32,000 nucleotides of DNA. It comes from Cupriavidus necator (GTDB lineage Bacteria; Pseudomonadota; Gammaproteobacteria; Burkholderiales; Burkholderiaceae). Positions 1-8,666 of the stretch are shown here, piece by piece; position 1 is the stretch's first letter; each line of letters opens with the position of its first letter. The stretch covers positions 1,950,001 to 1,982,000 of the forward strand of contig NZ_CP066018.1 of the NCBI RefSeq assembly GCF_016127575.1, written 5' to 3'. The notes beneath the pieces are model-generated. The model had not been told where the DNA came from. It did no database searches and saw only the letters and a program-made list of their open reading frames with translations. The translations under genes were made by a program, and so were the position numbers.

Positions 1-170
1 ATGGTGAGGGTGTCGGTGTCGCGGGTGATCAGCTGGGTGCGGCTCAGGCCGGTGACATGCGTCAGCAGCATGCGCACTTCCAGGGCAGGCAGCCCGGCCA
101 TGGCGGCGAGGGTCTGGGCTTCGCGCAGCGTGGGGGTCGCCGGCAGCGCGGCAGAGTTTGGGGAAGACAT
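1..170 (-). CDS. prmC: Release-factor glutamine N5-methyltransferase PrmC/HemK, N-terminal fragment (gene runs off left edge)
   Basis: My translation of the minus strand from ATG 170-168 gives MSSPNSAALPATPTLREAQTLAAMAGLPALEVRMLLTHVTGLSRTQLITRDTDTLT. The LREA...E-x-R-x-LL-x-HVTG-x-x-R-x-x-L pattern matches the PrmC N-terminal domain. Its position downstream of prfA fits hemA-prfA-prmC synteny. It is below the 60-aa cutoff, so it is absent from the ORF track. No clear SD. Confidence 0.6.
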   Translation of the reverse strand, partial: MSSPNSAALPATPTLREAQTLAAMAGLPALEVRMLLTHVTGLSRTQLITRDTDTLT

Positions 171-203
171 CGAAAGGGAGGGGACGGTTCTTTTGCCGGC
201 TAC

Positions 204-236
204 AAAAAACCCCACCGGCGCAAAGGCCTGGCGGGG
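204..236 (-). terminator. Rho-independent terminator after the lipoprotein gene
   Basis: Minus-strand RNA is GCCCCGCCAGGCCUUUGCGCCGGUGGGGUUUUUU. It forms a ~10-bp GC-rich stem (one bulge, one G-U), a 6-nt loop and a U6 run. Confidence 0.7.
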
Positions 237-314
237 CTTTGGGGCGGGACTTCCAGCTTGCCGCCAGTGTACCGCTCATCGACGGCGGGCGGCGCAATGC
301 CCCCGCCGGGACGA

Positions 315-644
315 TTACTTATTGACGGCGTCCTTGGCCTTGTCGGCACCCGTGTTGACGGCATCCTTGGCGGCCTGCTTGGCGTCTGCCATGGCGCTGC
401 CGGCTTCTGCCTTGGCCTTGTCGGCGGCGGCCGAGAGGTCGGCTGCGGCACCGCTGGCGGCGGCCTTGGCGGCGTCTGCGGCGTTGCTGGCGGCAGCGGC
501 GGCATCGCTGGCGGCGGCCTTGGCGGATTCAGCGGCGCTTTGCATGGCGCTCTCGGCGTTCGAGGCGGCAGGCGGAGCTTCTTCCTTCTTGCTGCAAGCG
601 GCCATGGCCGCGGTGATCATCAACAGCGCGAGCAGTTTTTTCAT
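315..644 (-). CDS. Small alanine-rich lipoprotein, function unknown
   Basis: ATG at 644 with AGGA about 8 nt upstream. Signal peptide MKKLLALLMITAAMAAC carries a lipobox Cys. By my count 46 of 109 residues are Ala, with repeated AKAAAS and DKAKDAVN segments. A strong terminator follows. The overlapping + strand ORFs are low-complexity artefacts. Confidence 0.7.
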   Translation of the reverse strand: MKKLLALLMITAAMAACSKKEEAPPAASNAESAMQSAAESAKAAASDAAAAASNAADAAKAAASGAAADLSAAADKAKAEAGSAMADAKQAAKDAVNTGADKAKDAVNK

Positions 645-712
645 GATTTCGTCCTAGGTATGTTCTCGGGAGTGACTACCCGGCACCATTCTCCGTTTGC
701 CGGTCGAAATCG

Positions 713-718
713 ATTATA
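713..718 (-). promoter_or_regulatory. Candidate -10 box (TATAAT on minus strand) for the lipoprotein gene
   Basis: + strand ATTATA equals a perfect TATAAT on the minus strand, about 70 nt upstream of ATG 644 in a locally AT-richer spacer. No convincing -35 at 17 bp. Confidence 0.3.
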
Positions 719-834
719 GACAGCCGCCTTACCCCTACCAGTGCTGTTTCAAGCATTTACAAGAAATACAAAGATATCGGCGACTTTACGCGGTGTTCGG
801 GGCGGAAGGCCGGTTGCACGACATTTTGTGGTGC

Positions 835-1917
835 TTACGACTCTTCGCCAAGTGCAGCAAGCTGATCAGCCTGGTGTTCCGAAGCCAGTGCCGACAGCAG
901 CTCATCCATGTCGCCGTCCATGATCATGTCGATCTTGTACAGCGTCAGGTTGATGCGGTGGTCGGTCACGCGCCCCTGCGGGAAGTTGTAGGTGCGGATG
1001 CGGTCGCTGCGGTCGCCCGAGCCGATCAGGTTGCGCCGCGTGCTGGCCTCCTTCGCCTGGGCGGCGCGCGTCTGCATGTCCTTGATGCGGGCCGCCAGCA
1101 CCTTCATCGCCTTGTCCTTGTTGCGGTGCTGGCTGCGGTCGTCCTGGCACTCGACCACGATGCCGGTCGGCAGGTGGGTCAGGCGCACCGCGGAATCGGT
1201 CTTGTTGACGTGCTGCCCGCCAGCGCCCGAGGCGCGGAAGGTGTCGATGCGCAGGTCAGCCGGGTTGATCTCGACCTCGCCCACTTCATCGGCTTCGGGC
1301 ATCACCGCGACCGTGCAGGCCGAGGTGTGGATGCGCCCCTGTGCCTCGGTCGCCGGGACGCGCTGCACGCGGTGGCCGCCGGATTCGAACTTCAGCCTGG
1401 AGAATGCCGCATCGCCGGCGATGCGCACGATCACTTCCTTGTAGCCGCCCAGGTCCGATGCCGATTCGCTCATCACTTCGACCTGCCAGCGCTGGCGTTC
1501 GGCATAGCGCGTGTACATGCGCAGCAGGTCGCCGGCGAACAGCGCGCTTTCCTCGCCGCCGGTGCCGGCGCGGATTTCCAGCAGCAGGTTGCGGTCGTCG
1601 TTCGGGTCCTTGGGCAGCAGCAGGCGCTGCAGGCTCGCTTCCAGGCCTTCCAGCCGCGCGCGCGCGCTGGCGATCTCGTCGGCGGCAAAGTCCTTCATCT
1701 CCGGATCGTCCAGCAGCGCCTGCGCGGTGGCCAGGTCGTCCTGCGCCTGGCGGTACTGGCCGTACTGCTCGGCCACCGGCGACAACTCGGCATGTTCGCG
1801 GCTGAGCTTGCGGTACTGGTCGATCTTCGCGGTCGCGTCTTCGCGCGCGAGCAGGGCGTTGACTTCATCGAGTCGCTCGGCCAGTTGGTCGAGCTTGGCA
1901 AGCATGCTGGCTTTCAT
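835..1917 (-). CDS. prfA: Peptide chain release factor 1
   Basis: 360 aa, ATG start. GGQ motif ([18 protein letters not shown]) and the RF1-type PAT tripeptide (RVPATE). Confidence 0.97.
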   Translation of the reverse strand: MKASMLAKLDQLAERLDEVNALLAREDATAKIDQYRKLSREHAELSPVAEQYGQYRQAQDDLATAQALLDDPEMKDFAADEIASARARLEGLEASLQRLLLPKDPNDDRNLLLEIRAGTGGEESALFAGDLLRMYTRYAERQRWQVEVMSESASDLGGYKEVIVRIAGDAAFSRLKFESGGHRVQRVPATEAQGRIHTSACTVAVMPEADEVGEVEINPADLRIDTFRASGAGGQHVNKTDSAVRLTHLPTGIVVECQDDRSQHRNKDKAMKVLAARIKDMQTRAAQAKEASTRRNLIGSGDRSDRIRTYNFPQGRVTDHRINLTLYKIDMIMDGDMDELLSALASEHQADQLAALGEES

Positions 1918-2017
1918 CGGGTGCGGGGGAAAGAGGTGGGCCAGGGGCCGGGGCTACCCGCGGGCGGGTGGCGGCGTGCCGGCGCGGCAGGGCGCGCGCG
2001 GCGCAAGGGCAGAGCGG

Positions 2018-3322
2018 CTAGCGCTCGGAGTGGCTGCTGTGGCGGAACAGGCCCGGCACCAGGCGCAGCAGCGCCTCGCGGTCCTCGCCCTGGGTGTGGT
2101 TCAGTGCGTGGGTGGGGCCATGCAGGAACTTGCGGGTCAGCGCACCGGAGAGGGCCTCCAACACGGCCTCGGGGTCGTCGCCGCGTGCCAGCATGCGGCG
2201 CGCGCGTTCCAGCTCGGCCTGGCGGATGGCTTCGCCGCTGGTCTGCAGTTCGCGGATGACCGGCACCACGCTGCGGGTTTCCAGCCAGTGCATGAAGTTC
2301 TGCACCCGGCTTTCGATGATGGCCTCGGCCTGCGCCACCGCGGCCTGGCGCATCGCATTGCCTTCACGCACGATCGCGCCGAGATCGTCGACGGTGTACA
2401 GGAAGACGTCGTCCAGGCGCGCGACTTCGGGCTCGACGTCGCGCGGCACGGCCAGGTCGACCATCATGATGGGGCGGTGCTTGCGGCGCTTGACCGCGCG
2501 CTCCACCGCGCCCAGCCCGATGATCGGCAGCGAGCTGGCGGTGCAGGACACCACGATATCGAACTCATGCAGGCGCTCGCCCAGGTCGGTCAGGCGGATC
2601 GCGTTGGCGGTCAGGCCCTGGCCGGAGAGCTGCTCGGCGAGCTTTTCGCCGCGTTCCACGGTGCGGTTGGCCACCACGATCTGGCGCGGCTGCTGCGCGG
2701 CGAAGTGCGTGGCGCACAGTTCGATCATCTCGCCCGCGCCGATAAACAGCACGCGCTGGGTCGAGACGCTTTCGAAGATCCGCTGCGCCAGCCGCACCGC
2801 GGCTGCGGCCATCGATACCGAATGCGCGCCGATCTCGGTCTGGCCGCGCACTTCCTTGGCCACCGCGAAGGTGCGCTGGAACAGCTGGTTCAGGTACGTG
2901 CCCAGCGAGCCGGCCTCGCCGGCGGTGCGCACGGCGTCCTTGAGCTGGCCCAGGATCTGGGTCTCGCCCAGCACCATCGAATCCAGGCCGCTGGCCACGC
3001 GGAAGGCATGGCGCACGGCTTCGGACTGCGGCAGCGCGTACAGGTGCGGCGCCAGTTCGCCGGCGGGCACGTTGTGGTGCTGCGACAGCCAGCGCAGGGT
3101 GTGCTCGAAACCATCCGTGCCCGGCGTCAGGACGTCGGTCGCGCAGTAGATCTCGGTGCGGTTGCAGGTGGACAGGATGGCGGCTTCGGTGCCGCTGCGC
3201 CCCGACAGGTGGGAGCGCAGCGCACCCAGCGCGGGCTTGATCTGCTCGAGCGGAAACGCCACCCGCTCGCGCAGCGAGACAGGTGCCGTTGTGTGATTGA
3301 TGCCGATCGCGAGCAGTTGCAT
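2018..3322 (-). CDS. hemA: Glutamyl-tRNA reductase
   Basis: 434 aa, ATG start. N-terminal [19 protein letters not shown] and active-site region [13 protein letters not shown]. Rossmann segment [11 protein letters not shown]. Lies upstream of prfA as in most proteobacteria. Confidence 0.96.
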   Translation of the reverse strand: MQLLAIGINHTTAPVSLRERVAFPLEQIKPALGALRSHLSGRSGTEAAILSTCNRTEIYCATDVLTPGTDGFEHTLRWLSQHHNVPAGELAPHLYALPQSEAVRHAFRVASGLDSMVLGETQILGQLKDAVRTAGEAGSLGTYLNQLFQRTFAVAKEVRGQTEIGAHSVSMAAAAVRLAQRIFESVSTQRVLFIGAGEMIELCATHFAAQQPRQIVVANRTVERGEKLAEQLSGQGLTANAIRLTDLGERLHEFDIVVSCTASSLPIIGLGAVERAVKRRKHRPIMMVDLAVPRDVEPEVARLDDVFLYTVDDLGAIVREGNAMRQAAVAQAEAIIESRVQNFMHWLETRSVVPVIRELQTSGEAIRQAELERARRMLARGDDPEAVLEALSGALTRKFLHGPTHALNHTQGEDREALLRLVPGLFRHSSHSER

Positions 3323-3339
3323 TTGTAGGGGACGGGTAC

Positions 3340-3373
3340 GGTCCGGAGCGTGGCCGGACCGGATGCCATTATA
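3340..3373 (-). promoter_or_regulatory. Candidate hemA promoter -10 (3368-3373) plus a 7-bp hairpin in the predicted 5' UTR (3340-3360)
   Basis: + strand ATTATA at 3368-3373 is TATAAT on the minus strand, 45 nt upstream of hemA ATG. GGTCCGG-N7-CCGGACC inverted repeat at 3340-3360. The -35 is weak (CTGCAA). Confidence 0.3.
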
Positions 3374-3502
3374 CCGCCGGGATCGCTAATTGCAGGCGCT
3401 GGGCCATCCGGGGCCGGGCGGGGGCATGGCAGCGGCTCCGGATTGCAGTATCGTTACGCCGCAGCCCTTGCGGCTGTGATGCTGACAACACAGGAGAAGC
3501 GG

Positions 3503-3748
3503 ATGCTGGGCACCTTGATCGTGGGTTTGCTGGTGGGGCTGGCGGCGCGCCGGCTGCATCCGGCAGGGCGCGTGGTGACCCTGCCGGCCGCGCTGGTGCT
3601 GGGTGCGGCGGGTGCGGCGGGCGCTTTCTATGGCGGCCGGGCCTTGCACCTGTTTATCGACGGGCAGCTCAGCAGCTGGCTGGCGGTGATCGCCGGCTCG
3701 GCGCTGCTGGTGGGGGCCTGGGGCGCGCTGCGGCCGCGCGGGCGGTAA
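3503..3748 (+). CDS. GlsB/YeaQ/YmgE-family small membrane protein (transglycosylase-associated family)
   Basis: Internal ATG 3503 preceded by AGGAG (3492-3496). 81 aa: MLGTLIVGLLVGLAARRLHPAG... with three glycine-rich hydrophobic segments typical of the family. The longer track ORF from 3350 has no SD and a non-membrane N-terminus. Confidence 0.7.
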   Translation: MLGTLIVGLLVGLAARRLHPAGRVVTLPAALVLGAAGAAGAFYGGRALHLFIDGQLSSWLAVIAGSALLVGAWGALRPRGR

Positions 3749-3765
3749 GAACAGAACTGACCGCG

Positions 3766-3787
3766 GCGGCGGGAATCCGCTCGCCGC
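3766..3787. terminator. Hairpin between convergent glsB-family gene and mtnN (possible bidirectional terminator)
   Basis: GCGGCGGG-AATCCG-CTCGCCGC forms an 8-bp stem with one G-U. T-containing flanks on both strands, but no clean U-tract. Confidence 0.35.
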
Positions 3788-3797
3788 TTGATCGCGA

Positions 3798-4598
3798 TCA
3801 GAAGCGGACCGGCGTTTGAACAGTGTCGGCCTTGGCTCTTCCGGCCAGCAGCCGGCGCAGCACGCCACTGGAATAGTGACTGGCCACATCCTTCAGGAAT
3901 GCCGCGAAGTCCACATGGGCGCTATCGTCGGCCCGGTCCGAAATGGTCCGCATCACGGCATACGGCACGCCGTATTCATGGCAGACCTGCGCCACCGCGG
4001 CGCCTTCCATTTCCACCGCCAGCAATCCGGGCAGCCGCTCACGCAACTCCGTCACCGCCGCCGGTGAGCCGATGAACTGGTCGCCGCTGGCGATCATTCC
4101 GTGGTGCAGCGCCGGCGCGGCTACGCCGAATCGTTCCAGCACCTCGCGCGGCACTTCGGCAGGCAGGTCCAGCTGCAGAAATTCGCGCGCGGCGGCTTCC
4201 AGCTCGGCGGTCAGCGCCGGGTCGGCCGGGAACTCGGCACGGTCCAGCAGCGGCACTTCATGGCGGCCGAAGAACGGACGTGCGTCGAGGTCATGCTGGA
4301 TGGTGCGGTCGGCGATGACGATGTCGCCGACATTGGTGCCGGCGCCAATGCCCCCGGCCAGCCCGGTGAAGACGATCTGCGTCGCGCCGAACTCGCGGAT
4401 CAGCGTGACCGTGGTCGCCGACGCCGCCACCTTGCCCATGCGCGCCAGCACCAGCACGCACGGCTGCCCGAGCAGCTGGCCGGCATAGTAGTCGCGCATG
4501 CCGATGGTGCGCACCGTGGCGCGGCTGTCGTCATGGCGCATGGCGGCCACCAGGCCATCGACTTCATCATGGATGGCGGCAAGGATTCCGAGAGTCAT
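3798..4598 (-). CDS. mtnN: 5'-methylthioadenosine/S-adenosylhomocysteine nucleosidase
   Basis: MTLGILAAIHDEV N-terminus, then ARMGKVAASATT, VEMEGAAVAQV and RTISDRADD motifs of the PNP/UDP_1 MTA/SAH nucleosidase family. I prefer ATG 4598 over the GTG at 4673 that heads the track ORF. Confidence 0.85.
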   Translation of the reverse strand: MTLGILAAIHDEVDGLVAAMRHDDSRATVRTIGMRDYYAGQLLGQPCVLVLARMGKVAASATTVTLIREFGATQIVFTGLAGGIGAGTNVGDIVIADRTIQHDLDARPFFGRHEVPLLDRAEFPADPALTAELEAAAREFLQLDLPAEVPREVLERFGVAAPALHHGMIASGDQFIGSPAAVTELRERLPGLLAVEMEGAAVAQVCHEYGVPYAVMRTISDRADDSAHVDFAAFLKDVASHYSSGVLRRLLAGRAKADTVQTPVRF

Positions 4599-4753
4599 GG
4601 AGCGGGCGCAGGACGAGAAAACCACAGCATACCGGCCCGCGCAGGCCGGGCATAGATCAGAGCGCGACCGCACCGCACCCTCCCACGGAACAGGTGCGGC
4701 CCCCGCGCCGCTTTGCTAAAGTCCCCGTCATCTCAGCACGTAAGGACACTTAC

Positions 4754-5779
4754 ATGCAAGGCACACCCACCGTAGCCACCGGCGAACGGCGCGCCATCCG
4801 CCGGGCACTGGCCGACTGGCGCGCACTGGGGCGCCTGGACGCGGCCGGCGTCACTGCGCCGTGGGCGCGCACCGAGCCCGTCGCCACCGACTGGCGCCGC
4901 TGGCTGGACACGGCGCTGATGGCGCTGGGCACCGCACTGCTGTGCGCGGGCGTGATCGTGTTCTTCGCCTTCAACTGGCAGGATCTCCACAAGTTTTCCA
5001 AGTTCGGCCTGCTGGCCGGCGCGCTCACGCTGCTCGCCGCCTTTGCCTGGCTGCGTCCGGCTGGCGACACCGCGGGCCGGGCCGCGCTGGGCGGCGCGCA
5101 GGTCGTCGCCGGCGTGCTGCTTGCGGTGATCGGGCAGACCTACCAGACCGGCGCCGACGCGTGGCAGCTGTTTGCGCTATGGGCGTTGCTGGCGGTGCCC
5201 TGGGCGCTGGCGGCGTGCGCCGCACCGCACTGGTGGCTGGTAATCGTGGTCGGCAACGTGGCGTTGCTGCGCTATTTCAGCATCCGCTTCGGTGTCGAAG
5301 GCGTGTTCGCGCTGCTGTTCGATACGCGCCATATACGCACCGCCACGCTGGCGCTGCTGGGCGCGGTGGTGCTGCAACTGGCGCTGTGGCAGCTGCTGTG
5401 CGCGCGGGCGCCGGCGCTGGGCTTCCGTGGGCAGACCGGCAGCCGCATGCTGGCCGCAATGGCCTGCGTGCACGCCGGCTCGCTCGGGCTGGCCAGCCTG
5501 CTGGACAGCCATTTCGACGGCGCTGCATTTGCGCTGGCGGTGGTGGTCCTGGCCGCCCTGGTCTGGTGGTTCCGCCAGCGCGTCTTCGACATCGTGGTGC
5601 TGAGCCTGGCCTGCCTGACCGGCATCGTGCTGGCGGTGGCCGGCATCGCCAAGGTGCTGTTCGAGGGCAAGGACGATTTCGGCGCCTTCCTGCTGCTCGG
5701 GCTGGTGACCATCGGCCTTGCCGCCGGCGCGGCCGCCTGGCTGATGCGTGCCTGGCGCGGCCAACTGGAGCAGGCATGA
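4754..5779 (+). CDS. Polytopic membrane protein, DUF2157-like (about 10-11 TM)
   Basis: ATG 4754 with AAGGA 7 nt upstream. About 60-aa soluble N-terminus, then repeated hydrophobic segments. Strong GC3 bias in this frame. Family call is from recollection of the DUF2157/DUF4401/GDYXXLXY neighbourhood, not a search. Confidence 0.7.
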   Translation: MQGTPTVATGERRAIRRALADWRALGRLDAAGVTAPWARTEPVATDWRRWLDTALMALGTALLCAGVIVFFAFNWQDLHKFSKFGLLAGALTLLAAFAWLRPAGDTAGRAALGGAQVVAGVLLAVIGQTYQTGADAWQLFALWALLAVPWALAACAAPHWWLVIVVGNVALLRYFSIRFGVEGVFALLFDTRHIRTATLALLGAVVLQLALWQLLCARAPALGFRGQTGSRMLAAMACVHAGSLGLASLLDSHFDGAAFALAVVVLAALVWWFRQRVFDIVVLSLACLTGIVLAVAGIAKVLFEGKDDFGAFLLLGLVTIGLAAGAAAWLMRAWRGQLEQA

Positions 5780-6894
5780 CGACCGAACTGCAGACCGGGC
5801 AACGCCTCTGGCAGGACCTCGCCGCACGCGGCGAGGTACAGGGCGAGCGGCCCGACCACACCCACACCCCCTGGGCCGTGCGCTGCCTGATGGGCGCGGC
5901 CGGCTGGCTCGGTGCCTTGTTCTTCCAGCTCTTCCTGGTCGGCACGGTCTTCGTCGCCGCGCGCGAGAACGGCATTGCCATGGCGGTGACCGGCCTGGCC
6001 ATGATCGCACTGGCCGCGCTGCTGTACTGGCGTGGCGGCGGCATTGCCGCGGGGCAATTCGCGCTGGCCGTGAGCCTGAGCGGGCAGGGCATGGCCGTGT
6101 TCGGGCTGGTCGAGGCCCTGGGCTTCACGCGCGTCACCGAGAGCGCAGGCTTCTGGGCCGGGCTGGCACTGTTCGAGGCCGCGCTCGCCTTGCTGGTCCC
6201 GAACCGGCTGCACCGGCTGCTGTGCGCGGTGGGCGCATGGATCGGGCTGGCAGGCGCCATGCATCTCGTCCTGGCCGGCAGCGAGCCGGACGACTGGCTG
6301 TTGCTGACGTGGTCCCTCGGCTGGCTGGTGCCGCTCGGCTGCGCGCTGGTGACGGGTTTCACGCTGGCCGAAGCACGCCTGTGCGCGGCCGGCCGCCACA
6401 CGCTGCTGGAACCGCTGGCCGACGCGACGCTGCTGTTCACGCTGGCCGTCGCACTGGTCGTCACCGGCATGAGCCATCCGCTGGCCTGGCTGGGCGGCCC
6501 GGAAGCCGGACGCATCCCGCTCGCGCACTGGGTCGCGGGCGGGCTGGCCACAGTGGTGCTGGCTGGCTTCGCGCTCGCCGAATGCCGCCGGCTGGCGCTC
6601 AGCCCCGCCCTGCAGGGCGCCGTCCTTGCCGGCGTGGCGGCCTTCGGCGCGCTGATGGCGGCCGCGCCCGCGGTCGTGGCAGGAGTTCTCGCGCTCGGCC
6701 TGGCGTTGCGCCGCGCGTCGATGCCGTGGCTGGGCCTGGGCATCGCCAGCATCGCTGTCGGCTTTATCTGGTACTACAGCGCGCTGCACTGGACCCTGCT
6801 GGCCAAGTCCGCCACGCTCGCCGTGGCCGGTGCACTGTTGCTGGCCGGCCGCTACCGGCTGCTGCGCACCCGCACCGGCAAGGAGGCCGCATGA
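5776..6894 (+). CDS. Polytopic membrane protein, DUF4401-like (about 10 TM)
   Basis: ATG 5776 overlaps the upstream stop (ATGA). MTTELQTGQRLWQDLAARGEVQGERPDHTHTPWAVR... followed by about 10 hydrophobic segments. The track ORF from 4861 is an out-of-frame overlap with the upstream gene. Confidence 0.7.
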   Translation: MTTELQTGQRLWQDLAARGEVQGERPDHTHTPWAVRCLMGAAGWLGALFFQLFLVGTVFVAARENGIAMAVTGLAMIALAALLYWRGGGIAAGQFALAVSLSGQGMAVFGLVEALGFTRVTESAGFWAGLALFEAALALLVPNRLHRLLCAVGAWIGLAGAMHLVLAGSEPDDWLLLTWSLGWLVPLGCALVTGFTLAEARLCAAGRHTLLEPLADATLLFTLAVALVVTGMSHPLAWLGGPEAGRIPLAHWVAGGLATVVLAGFALAECRRLALSPALQGAVLAGVAAFGALMAAAPAVVAGVLALGLALRRASMPWLGLGIASIAVGFIWYYSALHWTLLAKSATLAVAGALLLAGRYRLLRTRTGKEAA

Positions 6895-7388
6895 AACGCT
6901 GGATCCTGATCGCCTGGGCCCTGACGCTGGCACTCGCCGCCGCCGGCATCGCAGGCAAGGAGCGCCTGCTGGCACGCGGTGAGACCGTCTACCTCAAGCT
7001 CGCCCCGGTCGACCCGCGCTCGCTGTTACAGGGCGACTACATGGCGCTGAACTTTGACATCGGCAACCAGATCCGCACCGCTCAGACGCAGGACGACCGG
7101 CCACCCCGCGACGGCGTGGCCGTGATCCGCCGCGATGAACAGGGCGTGGCCAGCTTCGTGCGCGTACACGGCGGCGAGCCGCTGGCGGCAGGGGAGCAGC
7201 TGCTGCGCTACCAGGTCGCCCGCTCGAGCTGGGGCGGCACGCGGGTGCAGGTGTCGACCGATGCGTATTTCTTCCAGGAGGGGCAGGGCGAGCGGTTTGC
7301 GCAGGCGCAGTATGGGGAATTCCGCGTGGGGGCGGACGGGCAGGCGCTGCTGGTGGGGTTGCGGGGGAAGGGGATGGAGAGGTTGTGA
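6891..7388 (+). CDS. GDYXXLXY-domain protein with N-terminal signal/anchor
   Basis: ATG 6891 overlaps the upstream stop (ATGA), with AGGAGG at 6881-6886. MKRWILIAWALTLALAAAG anchor. Family signature PVDPRSLLQGDYMALNF (GDY at 7032-7040). C-terminal YFFQEGQG...YGEFRV block. Confidence 0.8.
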   Translation: MKRWILIAWALTLALAAAGIAGKERLLARGETVYLKLAPVDPRSLLQGDYMALNFDIGNQIRTAQTQDDRPPRDGVAVIRRDEQGVASFVRVHGGEPLAAGEQLLRYQVARSSWGGTRVQVSTDAYFFQEGQGERFAQAQYGEFRVGADGQALLVGLRGKGMERL

Positions 7389-7417
7389 GGCGAAAGTGAT
7401 GTCCCCCGGCCCAAAAG

Positions 7418-7445
7418 AAAAAGCCACCGCATGCGGTGGCTTTTT
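7418..7445. terminator. Bidirectional rho-independent terminator (GDYXXLXY gene / ychF)
   Basis: AAAAA-GCCACCGCATGCGGTGGC-TTTTT. Perfect palindromic stem flanked by an A-run and a T-run, between convergent genes. Confidence 0.8.
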
Positions 7446-7462
7446 CATGACGTCTGGCGGTC

Positions 7463-8554
7463 TTAGACGTTGAACAGGAAGTTCATCACATCCCCATCCT
7501 TCACCACATACTCCTTGCCTTCCGCCCGCATCTTGCCGGCTTCCTTCGCGCCGGTCTCGCCCTTGAAGCTGATGAAGTCTTCATAGGCGATGGTCTGCGC
7601 GCGGATAAAGCCGCGTTCGAAGTCGGTGTGGATCACGCCGGCTGCCTTGGGGGCGGTGTCGCCGACGTGGATGGTCCAGGCGCGCACTTCCTTGACGCCG
7701 GCGGTGAAGTAGGTCTGCAGGCCGAGCAGCTTGAAGCCGGCACGGATCACACGGTCCAGGCCGGGCTCTTCCATGCCCAGGTCGGCCAGGAATTCGGCCT
7801 TGTCGGCATCGTCCAGGTCGGCGATCTCGGCTTCGATGGCGGCGCAGACGGACACCACGGGGGAATTGGTCAGCTTGGCGTACTCGCGCACGGCGTCCAG
7901 GTGCGGGTTGTTCTCGAAGCCGTCTTCACGCACGTTGGCGACATACATGGTCGGCTTGGCGGTGATCAGGCAGAACGGCCGGATGGCTTCCCACTCTTCG
8001 GGCGCCAGGTCCAGGGTGCGCACGGCCTTGGCCTGGTCCAGCACGGCTTGCGCCTTTTCCAGCACGGCGACGAGGCGCTGAGCTTCCTTGTCGCCGGCGC
8101 GGGCCGGCTTGATGTAGCGGGCCAGGGCCTTCTCGACGGTGGCCAGGTCGGCCAGCGCGAGTTCGGTGTTGATCACTTCGATGTCCGACAGCGGGTCCAC
8201 CTTGCCGGCAACGTGGATGACGTTATCGTCCTCGAAGCAGCGCACCACGTGGGTGATGGCGTCGCATTCGCGGATATTGGCCAGGAACTGGTTGCCCAGG
8301 CCTTCACCCTTGGAGGCGCCCGCCACCAGGCCGGCGATATCGACGAACTCGACCGTGGCCGGCAGCACGCGCTCCGGCTTGACGATCTCCGCCAGCTTGG
8401 CGAGCCTCGGATCCGGCACTTCGACCACGCCCACATTGGGTTCGATGGTGCAGAACGGGTAGTTTTCGGCGGCGATGCCGGCCTTGGTCAGGGCATTGAA
8501 CAGCGTGGACTTGCCGACGTTGGGCAGGCCGACGATGCCGCATTGGAGGCTCAT
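7463..8554 (-). CDS. ychF: Redox-regulated ribosome-binding ATPase YchF
   Basis: 363 aa. [24 protein letters not shown]-loop, and a C-terminal TGS-like [14 protein letters not shown] end typical of YchF. Confidence 0.96.
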   Translation of the reverse strand: MSLQCGIVGLPNVGKSTLFNALTKAGIAAENYPFCTIEPNVGVVEVPDPRLAKLAEIVKPERVLPATVEFVDIAGLVAGASKGEGLGNQFLANIRECDAITHVVRCFEDDNVIHVAGKVDPLSDIEVINTELALADLATVEKALARYIKPARAGDKEAQRLVAVLEKAQAVLDQAKAVRTLDLAPEEWEAIRPFCLITAKPTMYVANVREDGFENNPHLDAVREYAKLTNSPVVSVCAAIEAEIADLDDADKAEFLADLGMEEPGLDRVIRAGFKLLGLQTYFTAGVKEVRAWTIHVGDTAPKAAGVIHTDFERGFIRAQTIAYEDFISFKGETGAKEAGKMRAEGKEYVVKDGDVMNFLFNV

Positions 8555-8654
8555 GATAGAAGGCGGGAAATTGCAAAACCCGTATTCTAGCGGATGGGGG
8601 CCTCGCCATCGGCCGGGTTGAGCCGGCGTGGGGCGGAGCCAGGAGTGACGTGGC

Positions 8655-8660
8655 TATAAT
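8655..8660 (+). promoter_or_regulatory. Candidate -10 box TATAAT immediately upstream of the UbiH-family gene
   Basis: Perfect TATAAT ends 6 nt before ATG 8667. No SD is possible in that gap. No good -35 seen. Confidence 0.3.
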
Positions 8661-8666
8661 CCAGCC

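Noticed and set aside
1-719. + strand ORFs 1-657 and 57-719, and minus ORF 200-505
   Set aside because: These are alternate frames of the Ala-rich lipoprotein gene and the prmC 5' end. They are low-complexity poly-Ala/Gly/Pro translations. The lipoprotein frame has the ATG, SD, lipobox and terminator.
1381-1390. tRNA T-arm-like string GGATTCGAAC
   Set aside because: It lies inside prfA with no flanking acceptor, D or anticodon arm complementarity. No tRNA or rRNA genes were detected anywhere in the window.
697-3328. + strand ORFs 697-2259 and 1511-3328 (520 and 605 aa)
   Set aside because: Antisense to prfA and hemA, which are unambiguous.
4861-5775. N-terminal 305 codons of track ORF 4861-6894
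   Set aside because: This part overlaps the DUF2157-like gene in another frame and is Arg/Gly/Ala-rich. The ATGA-coupled ATG at 5776 gives a sensible start for the DUF4401-like protein. The minus ORFs 5177-6010, 5272-6975 and 5277-6752 were rejected likewise.
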